Positions 8,737-17,591 of a DNA stretch of 64,000 nucleotides are shown here, in pieces (within the stretch, counting starts at the first letter, position 1; each line of letters opens with the position of its first letter). The notes beneath the pieces were generated by a model. That model made no database searches. It worked only from the letters and a program-made list of their open reading frames with translations, and was not told where the DNA came from. The position numbers and the translations under genes were made by a program. Location of the stretch: NCBI GenBank assembly GCA_943373155.1, contig CALSBJ010000031.1, positions 3 through 64,002 on the forward strand, read 5' to 3'. The DNA is from Akkermansia muciniphila. Lineage in GTDB: Bacteria > Verrucomicrobiota > Verrucomicrobiia > Verrucomicrobiales > Verrucomicrobiaceae.

Positions 8737-10486
8737 GGGTGAGAGATGGGTGATTGGGGACAGGGATGTTTGCATGGGCGCGGGTGATGATGATGAACGT
8801 GGCGTCGTCCCGCACGCGGGCGGACTCATGAAAGACGCGGTGCATCTGACGCAGGCTATCGCGTGCCGCCCAGGCATCCATCCCCGCAACTGAGGTGCCC
8901 CTTAGCCAAAAATGAAGCATTTCCCGGGTGATCTGCGTCTCGGAGCTGGTGCTGTCGCTCAGCCCATCGGTGTGCATGAGGATGTGGCTGATGCCTTTGA
9001 GGTGAATCTCATGCTGCGGAAAGTCGTGATCTTCGGTGACGCCGAGAGGGGGGCCGTCCGAGCCGATCTCCGCCACTTGCAGACCATCGGAGAGGAGCAG
9101 CGGCCCGTGCCCGGCACCGCAGCTGCGCATCGTGAGGCTATCCGCGCTCAGGTAGGCAAATTGCGCGGTGATGAACATCTCAGCGCGGTCCAGCTCGGTG
9201 AAGAGGCTTTGATTGAGACGGCGCATGAGCTTCGCGGGTTCGGCGGCGAGGTCGAGATGCGAGTGGAGATTGCTGCGGAAGGCGGTGGCGAAAAGCGCGG
9301 CGGGAACGCCTTTGCCCATGACATCGGCGATGACGAAAAGACGGCCGCCATCCGGCAGCGGGATGCCGTCGAGGAAATCACCGCCTACCTCGCCCACGGA
9401 GGTGAGGTGCCCGGCGCTTTGCACGGTGCTGCTCTGAGGCAGCTCGACGGGCAGAAGCGAACGCTGGATGTCCGCGGCGATCTGTAACTCGCGTTTGATG
9501 GCGCGGGAGTGATTCGCCTCATCGCGGCGGCGCAGCGTGTGAAGCAGGGTGCCGAAGAAATCGCCCAGGCTGCGCACGACATTGATCTCGGCGGCCTTTG
9601 GCTCCCAGTGAGCCTTGTTCACTCCGAAGGTGAGGACACCGATGACCTCTCCACCGCTTTCCAGAGGATGCGCCACGCCGCTGACGGCATGGCTGCGCTG
9701 CGAGAGCGGATCGGCGTGATGAAACACGCTGCATCCATCGAAACACTGGTCCTGCCGTGAGATCTGGGCGCGGCATTCGACGAGGTGGGTGTTTCCGATG
9801 TCGAGAAAAGGCGTGACGAAGGAGGTGGCGGGCGAGGTGGCGATGCGTTCGAGCTGCATGCTGTCCGGTGTGAGCATGCGCAGCGTGAGGAAATCCGCGC
9901 CCACGAGCTGACGGAGCTCTTCGAGCCAGTTGGCGGCCAGTGCATCGGCGGAGATGTCCCGCGCGGCATCGGCCCCGAGGCGGAAGATGTTGGCGAGCAT
10001 CTCATAGCAGGCGGAAAGCTCCGTGGTCATGAGTTCGAGCGTGGCGTTCATGTCCTCCGCAGGCCTCGGCGGCAGCAGGCGATCACGCTGAAGATGCAGG
10101 ATGTTTTCCTGACGACCGCGGAGGTAGCTCACGCGATCGGTGAGAGATTCGATGATGAAGAGGCCTCGACCGTTCTCGGACTCGTCATCTTCGGGGAGCG
10201 CGGCTTTCTCGGGCCATTCAAAGCCCGAGCCATGATCGGTGACGCGCACCTCGACGCCGGTGGTCGTGGTGGTGGCCTCGATATGGAGCGGGCTCTCGCT
10301 TTCACTGTGAACCACCGCATTGCCGGTGGCCTCGGCGAGCACGAGCTCCCAGTCACGGCACTCGTTTGAGGCGAGGTGCTGGCCATCGAGCCAGGTGACG
10401 ACCTCTCGCACGGCCTCGCGTGCTCCGTGGAGCGTGGCCTTGAAATCGACGCGGACGCCGGAGCAGGACTGGCGGGTGAGATGCAT
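8723..10486 (-). CDS. Fusion protein: N-terminal RsbW-like serine kinase (HATPase_c_2), central sensor region, C-terminal PP2C/SpoIIE phosphatase
   Basis: Kinase boxes LAEATGNAVVHS, DHGSGF, NGRGLFII. PP2C/SpoIIE motifs ELQIAADIQRSLLP, GGDFLDG, FVIADVMGKGVPAALFA, CGAGHGP, LMHTDGLSD. Start re-picked at MHLTRQ (10486). Confidence 0.85.
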   Translation of the reverse strand: MHLTRQSCSGVRVDFKATLHGAREAVREVVTWLDGQHLASNECRDWELVLAEATGNAVVHSESESPLHIEATTTTTGVEVRVTDHGSGFEWPEKAALPEDDESENGRGLFIIESLTDRVSYLRGRQENILHLQRDRLLPPRPAEDMNATLELMTTELSACYEMLANIFRLGADAARDISADALAANWLEELRQLVGADFLTLRMLTPDSMQLERIATSPATSFVTPFLDIGNTHLVECRAQISRQDQCFDGCSVFHHADPLSQRSHAVSGVAHPLESGGEVIGVLTFGVNKAHWEPKAAEINVVRSLGDFFGTLLHTLRRRDEANHSRAIKRELQIAADIQRSLLPVELPQSSTVQSAGHLTSVGEVGGDFLDGIPLPDGGRLFVIADVMGKGVPAALFATAFRSNLHSHLDLAAEPAKLMRRLNQSLFTELDRAEMFITAQFAYLSADSLTMRSCGAGHGPLLLSDGLQVAEIGSDGPPLGVTEDHDFPQHEIHLKGISHILMHTDGLSDSTSSETQITREMLHFWLRGTSVAGMDAWAARDSLRQMHRVFHESARVRDDATFIIITRAHANIPVPNHPSLTHASR

Positions 10487-10499
10487 GCGCGGCGCGGGA

Positions 10500-10784
10500 T
10501 CAGGCGTGGGTGATTTCGAACACACGATGCAAGCGGGTGAGTTCGATGAGCTGCGTGACGGCGGAAGATGGGTTCAGCAGCTTCAAGATACCGCCCTGGG
10601 AGCGGAGCGTCTTGTGCAGCGAGAGAAGGGCACCGAGGCCGGAGCTATCGATAAAACGTGTCTTCGAGAGATCGACGGCGGTCTCGGTGTCCTGGGGTGT
10701 GATGTCGCGGGCCACGCGTTCTTTCCAGGCGCGTGCGGTGGAGGAGCAAAGCTCGGCGGGAGCGGTGATGGGCGAGGTGTTCAT
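10500..10784 (-). CDS. STAS-domain anti-sigma-factor antagonist (RsbV/SpoIIAA/HsbA-like)
   Basis: 94 aa. FIDSSGLGALLSL contains the conserved phosphorylatable Ser of the DSSGL motif. Lies immediately upstream of the kinase/phosphatase fusion. Confidence 0.85.
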   Translation of the reverse strand: MNTSPITAPAELCSSTARAWKERVARDITPQDTETAVDLSKTRFIDSSGLGALLSLHKTLRSQGGILKLLNPSSAVTQLIELTRLHRVFEITHA

Positions 10785-10789
10785 GAGGT

Positions 10790-12094
10790 TCAGGCTTGGC
10801 AGGTTTGGTGGATGGTTGTGGGTATCTGGCCCGCGGCATGGGAGGGGGAGCTGCGGAGGGTCAGAAAGCGGGGCAGGCAGCGCAGGAGGATGCGCAGGTT
10901 CATGCGGAAGGAGCGATGCACGCTGTAACAGGCGGCGTGGGCGAGGTCCGCCTCGGGGCCATCCAGGCCGTCATCGGCTGCATCGGCGAGAGAGAAGACA
11001 CCGGCGGGGGAGGCCAACCAGAGCTGTTCGAATTCATCCCCGAGGTTGGCGGCCTGGGCGGCGGTGAGAGGACGGTTGCCGATGAGGTGCATGTCTCCGC
11101 GCCACACACGCCAAAGCTCTGGCCAGCGCGAGAAAAGCCCTTCGTGGCCGTTGAGCGCATGCAGCGCCGTGGTGCGAGTGTAGCGATCCTGGCTGCTGGG
11201 TGGTGGCAGGATGACCTGGCGGCGTGCAAGACTGCTCTCACGCTTCATGAGCCGCGTGCGCAGCATGGTGAGAACAGCCAGCGGCAGCGTCACCACCATC
11301 AGCAGCAGGGCAAACAGGCGCGTCATCCAGCCGGAGCGCGTGCCGCCAAAGCGGTGGCGCTTCAGACTGGCGAGGAGGAAGTCATCCGTGATCTCGACGA
11401 AGGAGGCGAGACGCCAGTTTTCGAGCCCGTCACCCCAGGCGAAGGAGTGTGAGACCTCCGTCATGGCGCCGACATAGGTGCTGGGGCCGATCCAGCTCCC
11501 GCGAATGCAGGCGTGGCGGTCGATGAAGGCCGCGCCTTCAATGATGGAGCCGCCCATGATGTGGGCGTGATCACCGATGATGACACGCGGGCCGATCCAA
11601 GCCGGGCCTTCGATCACTGCCGTGGGGGCGATGCGTGCCTGCGTGCTCACAAAGACATCCGAGGCCAGGCGGCGCATCGTGAGGCGTGACTCCGGCTCCA
11701 CCTGACTGAACTTCCGGCGCATCACATCGTAGAGTCCTTCGGTGGATTCCCAAAGCAGCAGCGAGGTGCCTTCAGGCAGTGTTTCGAGGGCGATCACCTT
11801 GGTCTCTGCATCGGTGGCGAAAAGTGTCTGCGCGGCCTCTATGGTGGGCTCGCGAGGCACGGGGATGATCGTGAGGCGCAAGCCCCAGCGCCCGCCATCA
11901 CCCGCGGCGCGGCGGATTTCCTCCGGTCGATCCGCCACGAGCAGCGTGACCTTTTTGAAGCCATCTGCGGCGAGTTTTTCGAGCCATAGATCGAGCAGGT
12001 TGCGACCCATGAAGGGCATGAGGGCCAGCGGTTTCATGCGGCGGGCAAAGCCGGCGCACTCGCGATGGTCTGGAAGAATGAGAACGGCTTTCAT
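10790..12094 (-). CDS. Fusion: nucleotidyltransferase-like domain + left-handed beta-helix + TM + degenerate bacterial sugar-transferase domain
   Basis: The N-terminus MKAVLILPDHRECAGFARRMKPLALMPFMGRNLLD has NTP_transferase topology but lacks the GxGxR loop. Hexapeptide-like run IEGPAWIGPRVIIGDHAHIMGGSIIEGAAFID. TM LFALLLMVVTLPLAVLTML. The C-terminus SRWPELWRVWRGDMHLIGNRPL resembles DELPQLxNVLxGxMSLVGPRP, but with DE replaced. Confidence 0.7.
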   Translation of the reverse strand: MKAVLILPDHRECAGFARRMKPLALMPFMGRNLLDLWLEKLAADGFKKVTLLVADRPEEIRRAAGDGGRWGLRLTIIPVPREPTIEAAQTLFATDAETKVIALETLPEGTSLLLWESTEGLYDVMRRKFSQVEPESRLTMRRLASDVFVSTQARIAPTAVIEGPAWIGPRVIIGDHAHIMGGSIIEGAAFIDRHACIRGSWIGPSTYVGAMTEVSHSFAWGDGLENWRLASFVEITDDFLLASLKRHRFGGTRSGWMTRLFALLLMVVTLPLAVLTMLRTRLMKRESSLARRQVILPPPSSQDRYTRTTALHALNGHEGLFSRWPELWRVWRGDMHLIGNRPLTAAQAANLGDEFEQLWLASPAGVFSLADAADDGLDGPEADLAHAACYSVHRSFRMNLRILLRCLPRFLTLRSSPSHAAGQIPTTIHQTCQA

Positions 12095-12097
12095 GGG

Positions 12098-12925
12098 TCA
12101 CATGCCTTTGCCCAGCACAATGGCGGGTACGGTTTTGAGAAGGATCCACAAGTCGCGGAGGAAGGACTGGCTCTCGATGTAGCGCACATCGAGGCGTACC
12201 TGCTCGTCGAAGTCAATGGCGTTGCGGTCGCCGATCTCCCACAGGCCACCTTCGCGTTCACCCACCTGCCACAGGCAGGTGATGCCGGGCCGTGCGTGGA
12301 GGCGGCGGCGATCGCGGGTGGAGTAAAGAGCCACCTCACGGGGCAGCGGCGGACGCGGGCCCACGATGGACATGTCTCCGCGCAGCACGTTGATGAACTG
12401 CGGCAACTCATCGAGAGACGTTTTGCGGATGAAGCGGCCGATGGGCGTCACACGCGGGTCGTCCTTCATCTTGAAAGTCACGCCCTGCGCCTTTTCATTC
12501 CTCGCCAGCAGTTCGGCGAGCTTGGCCTCGGCATCGATGCACATGGAGCGGAACTTCAGCATCTCAAAGGTGCGGCCCAGCTTGCCCACACGCTTTTGCT
12601 TGAAGAAAACTGGACCACCATCCCGACGGATGAGCAATGCCACGACGATGAAGGCGGGAGCGGCCAGCAGCAGGCACACGAGGCTGATGACGATGTCGAA
12701 AAAACGCTTCACCGCGTGGGTGCCGTTCACGACGGAGAGCCATGTCCAGCGTTTCAAATGCATGGCGGCACGCATCCGCAAACGGCCGAGGCGACTCTGC
12801 GCCTGAAGGAGACGCTGCGCTTGTTGTTCGGCGAGATGAGGTGTTTGGATCATATGGACAGCTTGATGACGGAAGACGGGTTGTAACTCCCCGCAGGTGT
12901 GGGGAAGTGCGGTCGATGACCTCAT
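12098..12925 (-). CDS. Small monotopic phosphoglycosyl transferase (undecaprenyl-phosphate sugar phosphotransferase, WbaP C-terminal/PglC-like)
   Basis: KRFFDIVISLVCLLLAAPAFIVVALLIRRDGGPVFFKQKRVG, KFRSM, and DELPQFINVLRGDMSIVGPRPPLP with an intact DE dyad. ATG 12925 forms an ATGA overlap with the upstream stop. The start could instead be 12853 or 12763. Confidence 0.85.
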   Translation of the reverse strand: MRSSTALPHTCGELQPVFRHQAVHMIQTPHLAEQQAQRLLQAQSRLGRLRMRAAMHLKRWTWLSVVNGTHAVKRFFDIVISLVCLLLAAPAFIVVALLIRRDGGPVFFKQKRVGKLGRTFEMLKFRSMCIDAEAKLAELLARNEKAQGVTFKMKDDPRVTPIGRFIRKTSLDELPQFINVLRGDMSIVGPRPPLPREVALYSTRDRRRLHARPGITCLWQVGEREGGLWEIGDRNAIDFDEQVRLDVRYIESQSFLRDLWILLKTVPAIVLGKGM

Positions 12926-14166
12926 GCGGCGGCAAGGGCGGAAGGCGTGGAAAGGCCGGAAACAACTCTCGAAAGCCGCGGCGTGGCATGCTGCGCCACC
13001 TCCGTGAACATCTGCTCCAGATCGCTGATGTAGCCGTCAAAGTCGTAACGCTCCGAAACGAGCTTCAGGCCGTGTTCGCCCATTTCGCGGGCCTTGGCCT
13101 TGTTTTGCAGCAGTTCGTCCAAACGCTGGGCAAAGGCTCCTCGATCCATCCACGGCACAAGATGGCCGTTGTGGCCGTCGATGAGCCAGTCTTTGATGCC
13201 ACCGGCATCGAATGCGACGACGGGCAGCGCATAGCGCATGACTTCAAGCCCGATGGTGGCGATGGGTTCCGGCCACACGCTGCTCAGCGCCACGACGCTG
13301 CACTCGCGGTAATACGCTTTCAGCTCTTCCTGCGGGATGAAACCTTTGAAATGCACGCGGTCGCTCAGCCCAAGATCGCGGCACAACTGCTCGCAGTAGG
13401 CCTTGTGATTGCCATCGCCGAGGATGATGCACTCAAACTTGCTCTTCACCTTGGCCAGCGACTCCAGCAGCACGTCCACGCCTTTGCCGCGGATGATCTG
13501 ACCGGCGTAGAGGATGAGATTGCGGTCGCTGAAGCTGCTGCGCAGCGTGGGATCACCCATGCGCGGCACGGGCGCGTGAATCTGAATGCGGTTCGCGTCG
13601 AAGCCATTGCGCAGCAGTTCGTCACGCATGTAGGTGGTGACGACGACCATGCGATCAAAGCGGCGGTTGAGGGCGATCTCGCGCTTCTTCTGGCGGTAGC
13701 TCACCCATTTGAGTGGGAAGCCGCCGCTGTTGTTTTTCACCACGCAGGCGCCACAGGCGGTCGCGCAGTAGAGCGAGGCGGCACGGGTGCAGATCTGGCG
13801 GGAGAAGTAGTGATACTTGTAGCTCCGCATGCAGTAGATGTCGTGATCATGCACCATGCGCACGAGCGGCACATTGCTGTCCACGAGTGCCTGGATGACC
13901 TTCAAGTCGGCCATCTTGTGAACATAGACGGCATCGGGGCGGAAGCGCATGAGTGCGTCCTTCGTCTGCGCGGCGGTGGCATCACCGGTGAGCGGAAACT
14001 GCTTTTGAAACACTTGTCTCCAGCCTTCCTCATTTTTGCCTGTGCCGGGGCCGTGTAGGATGGCAATCTCGTGGCCGCGCTTCGCAAGCTGTTCCGCGGT
14101 GATGAAGGCATTCGCTTCCGCGCCCGCGAGGGCTCCGAAGCGTTCGTGAACGTAGAGAAGTTTCAT
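12922..14166 (-). CDS. Glycosyltransferase family 4
   Basis: MKLLYVHERFGALAGAEANAFITAEQLAKRGHEIAILHG N-terminus; C-terminal LSSVWPEPIATIGLEVMRYALPVVAFDAGGIKDWL. Start re-picked at 14166. Confidence 0.85.
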   Translation of the reverse strand: MKLLYVHERFGALAGAEANAFITAEQLAKRGHEIAILHGPGTGKNEEGWRQVFQKQFPLTGDATAAQTKDALMRFRPDAVYVHKMADLKVIQALVDSNVPLVRMVHDHDIYCMRSYKYHYFSRQICTRAASLYCATACGACVVKNNSGGFPLKWVSYRQKKREIALNRRFDRMVVVTTYMRDELLRNGFDANRIQIHAPVPRMGDPTLRSSFSDRNLILYAGQIIRGKGVDVLLESLAKVKSKFECIILGDGNHKAYCEQLCRDLGLSDRVHFKGFIPQEELKAYYRECSVVALSSVWPEPIATIGLEVMRYALPVVAFDAGGIKDWLIDGHNGHLVPWMDRGAFAQRLDELLQNKAKAREMGEHGLKLVSERYDFDGYISDLEQMFTEVAQHATPRLSRVVSGLSTPSALAAA

Positions 14167-14289
14167 GAGACCGCCAAAATGCGGCATCACAGGCCTTCAC
14201 GAAATCCCCGCAGGTGGGTGGAGCTTCAGGTTCATCCGGGAAGTGGATGCGCTCGACTGTCTCGGGCCTGAAAGGCCAGGGGAATCAAG

Positions 14290-14310
14290 CCCAGGCTCGC
14301 AGAGCCTGGG
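14290..14310. repeat. Palindromic unit CCCAGGCTC-GCA-GAGCCTGGG (copy 1)
   Basis: Read directly: perfect 9-bp stem and 3-nt loop in the 440-bp non-coding gap between the hybrid kinase and the GT4 gene. Confidence 0.8.
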
Positions 14311-14412
14311 TTCTGTTCAGCGAGCAAGACAGGCACTCTGAAGGAGTGCGGGAGAGACTGCGATTGTTCTCCCGCGCTCTTTCAGAGCGCCGCCCGCCTT
14401 TATCATGATTAA

Positions 14413-14433
14413 CCCAGGCTCTTCGAGCCTGGG
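14413..14433. repeat. Palindromic unit CCCAGGCTC-TTC-GAGCCTGGG (copy 2)
   Basis: Read directly: same 9-bp arms as copy 1, 123 bp away. Other short hairpins flank it at 14374..14390 (GCGCTCT-TTC-AGAGCGC) and 14445..14459 (GAGGC-CTTCA-GCCTC). Confidence 0.8.
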
Positions 14434-14633
14434 CTGGAATCCTCGAGGCCTTCAGCCTCGCCTGCGGGTCTGCCTGATGAGCGTCACGCTCTGACGGTGA
14501 CACCTGCACCTGTCGCGACAGCGTTTTGGAGTGCTCCAGCCCTCTGGAGCCTTTCGAAGGCCTTGGGACACACGAGAGCGCCGGAGGCCCGGCGCACTCC
14601 AAGACGCCAAGCGCCGTCGAAGGCCTCAAAGTC

Positions 14634-17591
14634 TCAGCGGGGAATCTTTGACAACTCAGGCGCGGCGGACTCAAAGGCCTGTTTGATCTGCACGACGAGC
14701 GCCGTCTGATTCGGTCGGATGTTCTGCTCGGCGAGATTCTCCAGATCCCGACAAAGCGAATGAAGATAGTTGAGACCGAAAAGGCTGCTGCTGCCTTTCA
14801 AGGCATGCGCCACGCGACGCAGCGAGGTTTGATCTTCCCCGGCGGCGAGTTTCTCAAGCTCCAAAATGCGCTCCGGCGTGTCCTTGAGCCAGTTTTGGAT
14901 GAGCTCGAGGGTGTCCTCGCGGCTCAGCTCCTCAATGAGCTGATCCACCGCCCCTTTGGCGGCGGATTCATCCTCCGCGGACCACGTCGGCGCATCCGCC
15001 TCCTCTTTGGTGTCATCGAGCACGCGGGCGCGGCTGAGTGCCTCGGTGAGGGCTTTGGCACGCAGCGGCTTGGAAACGTAATCATCCATGCCTACGGCGA
15101 TGCAGCGCTCACGCTCGCCCGCCATCACATTCGCGGTCATGGCGATGATGCGGCAGCGCGGGCGTTTCCACATGGGGCTGGCTTCGATCTCACGAATGGT
15201 TCGCGTGGCCTCGTAGCCATCCATACGCGGCATGTGGCAGTCCATGAGCACCGCGTCGTATACGCCGCTGGCAAAGCGATCCACCGCCTCCTCGCCATCG
15301 CGGGCCACCTCGGCAGCGTAACCATGCTTTTCGAGCATCATCATCGCCATGCGGGCATTCACTTCGTTGTCCTCGACGACGAGCAGGCGCGGCTTGGTGG
15401 CATCCGCAGGCGTTTCAGGAATGCTCGCAGGCGCTGATTCCTCGATCACGGGCGCGGGTTCGCCTTGAGCGATCTTCAACGGTAGATGGAACCAGAAGCG
15501 TGAACCGGCAAAGCGCTCGCTATCGACGCCGATGCAGCCGCCCATGAGTTCGACGAGGCGTTTGCAGATGGCGAGACCGAGGCCGGTGCCGCCGAAACGT
15601 CGTGTCGAGGAGCTGTCCACCTGAGTGAAGGCCTGGAAGAGCTGCGCCTGCTGCTCCGGCGTCATGCCGATGCCCGTGTCCGTGACGCTGATTTCAAGAT
15701 TCACCGGGCCGTCGATGGGTGAAGGGAGGCGTTTCACCTCGACGCGGATGCTGCCATCGTCGGTGAACTTGATGCCATTGCCCACGAGGTTCATTAAAAT
15801 CTGACGCAGGCGGCCTGGATCACCCAGAAGCGAGGGCGGCACATCCGGATCGATGTGGGTGATGAGATCAATCTCCCGCGCAGACGCCTTGTGACGCAGC
15901 AGATCGACCACGCCACGCACGACCTCATCCATGCGGAAGGCTTCATCGACGAGTTCGAGCTTGCGGGCCTCGATCTTCGAGAAGTCGAGGATGTCCTCAA
16001 TGATCGTCATGAGCGATTCGCCGCTCTGGCGCACCGCCTCGACCATCTCGCACTGTTTGGGTGTGAGGTCGGTATCGAGAAGGAGCGATGACATGCCGAT
16101 GATGCCATTCATCGGTGTGCGGATCTCATGGCTCATCGTGGCGAGGAAGTCGCTCTTCGCACGCGAGGCCGTCTCGGCGGCGTCCTTGGCCTGGAGAAGT
16201 TGATGCTCGGCGGCGCGGCGCACGATGTACTGGCCCATCTGGTTGCCGATGCCGGAGAGGGCCTGCAGCAGCGCCTCATCGGGATCGAGGATCTCATGGC
16301 TGAAAAGCTCGATGGCTCCGATGGTGTCGCCACCGGCGATGATGGGAAAGGCCAGCGCCCCATGCAGCCCGCTGGCGGCGGCGGCATGAGCGCGTGCGAA
16401 CAGTTCCGGCTGTGAGGCGAAGTCACGATACCACTGCGCACGGCCCGTTTCCCACACGAGCCCAGGGAGGCCTTTTCCTGATTCAAAGGTTAGCGAACGA
16501 CTTTCTTCCGCAAAGGCGGCGATGTCTCGCGAGGGATCATGCCAGATTTCGGCGAGGCGGATCTCGGTGAAGCCGGGATCGACCATCCACATGCCGCCGG
16601 CGGTCCAGCCGAGCTTCGTGCAGATCATCTGAATCACTTTCCCTGCCGCTTGGCGCATCGTGTCCGCCTCCGCAAGGATGCGGCTGGCGGAGAACTGCAT
16701 CGCACGCCGTTGCTCATCGAGACGGCGCTGCGTGATGTCGCTCTCGATGGCCATGAAGTTCACGACCTTGCCGTTTTCATCGTGCATCGGCTGCACTTCG
16801 AGGGCCACCCAGTATTTGCGGCCGGTGCGGTGGTAGTTCTGGATCTCCGTACGGAAGCTCTTCTGCTCGGCGAGGCATTTCGCCATGTAGGCGATGGTGA
16901 CGGGATCGGTCTCGGGACCTTGAAGGAAGGAGCCCGGCTTCTTCCCAATCGCTTCCTCCGGCTGCCAGCCGGTGATACGGGTGAAGCCTTCGTTGACCCA
17001 CTCGATGCAGCCTTGTGCATCGCTGACGATCACCGCATTGTCCGTGCGGGCGGCTACCAGAGCCAGCTTGCGAGATTGGGCCTCCTGCGCCCGGAGCTGC
17101 GCACGTTGCTCGGTGAGGCGTTTGTTGAGCTTTTGCAGGTCATCGGTGGCCATGCGCTGCGTTTGCAGCACCTGGAGCAGATCGAGCGTCTGGTCATGGA
17201 TGGCGAAATCACTCATCGTGAGGCCATAGTCGTCCACCTGCTCCGGATCGGTCAGCCACGGACTGCCGAGCATCACGCCGCGAACCGGGTCGTCCATGAG
17301 GATGATTTGCCCGCGCAGCATGCGGTGCGTGTGAAGCTCCTCCAGCAGGAAGAGACGGTCCGTGTGAGCCGCTGCCATCGCATGGCTGAACTCGCCCTCG
17401 GGCCGTTTGGAGATAAACACGTCCTGCAATCGTGCTCCGATGCTGGCCTGGGGACAGAACTTCGGCAGCGATGGGCCCGTCTCCAGGATCACACCGTTTT
17501 CATCCCACACGAAGTAGAAGGGAAACGCTCGGAGAAACTCCCGCGTGGGGAGGCTGCTGATCACACTGGAGTTGTCAGCCTGGAGCTTCAT
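14634..17591 (-). CDS. Hybrid sensor histidine kinase: HNOBA-like N-terminus, PAS, GAF, HisKA, HATPase, REC, HPt
   Basis: The N-terminus [20 protein letters not shown]...[49 protein letters not shown] resembles the heme-NO-binding-associated domain of soluble guanylate cyclases (from memory). H-box [15 protein letters not shown]; DTGIGM; [13 protein letters not shown]; [16 protein letters not shown]...[12 protein letters not shown]; HPt [12 protein letters not shown]. Confidence 0.9.
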   Translation of the reverse strand: MKLQADNSSVISSLPTREFLRAFPFYFVWDENGVILETGPSLPKFCPQASIGARLQDVFISKRPEGEFSHAMAAAHTDRLFLLEELHTHRMLRGQIILMDDPVRGVMLGSPWLTDPEQVDDYGLTMSDFAIHDQTLDLLQVLQTQRMATDDLQKLNKRLTEQRAQLRAQEAQSRKLALVAARTDNAVIVSDAQGCIEWVNEGFTRITGWQPEEAIGKKPGSFLQGPETDPVTIAYMAKCLAEQKSFRTEIQNYHRTGRKYWVALEVQPMHDENGKVVNFMAIESDITQRRLDEQRRAMQFSASRILAEADTMRQAAGKVIQMICTKLGWTAGGMWMVDPGFTEIRLAEIWHDPSRDIAAFAEESRSLTFESGKGLPGLVWETGRAQWYRDFASQPELFARAHAAAASGLHGALAFPIIAGGDTIGAIELFSHEILDPDEALLQALSGIGNQMGQYIVRRAAEHQLLQAKDAAETASRAKSDFLATMSHEIRTPMNGIIGMSSLLLDTDLTPKQCEMVEAVRQSGESLMTIIEDILDFSKIEARKLELVDEAFRMDEVVRGVVDLLRHKASAREIDLITHIDPDVPPSLLGDPGRLRQILMNLVGNGIKFTDDGSIRVEVKRLPSPIDGPVNLEISVTDTGIGMTPEQQAQLFQAFTQVDSSSTRRFGGTGLGLAICKRLVELMGGCIGVDSERFAGSRFWFHLPLKIAQGEPAPVIEESAPASIPETPADATKPRLLVVEDNEVNARMAMMMLEKHGYAAEVARDGEEAVDRFASGVYDAVLMDCHMPRMDGYEATRTIREIEASPMWKRPRCRIIAMTANVMAGERERCIAVGMDDYVSKPLRAKALTEALSRARVLDDTKEEADAPTWSAEDESAAKGAVDQLIEELSREDTLELIQNWLKDTPERILELEKLAAGEDQTSLRRVAHALKGSSSLFGLNYLHSLCRDLENLAEQNIRPNQTALVVQIKQAFESAAPELSKIPR

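Noticed and set aside
14214-14709. Small ORFs (64, 129 and 70 aa) in the 14190..14633 gap
   Set aside because: They are composed of translated palindromic repeats on both strands, which fits a repeat-derived false gene call.
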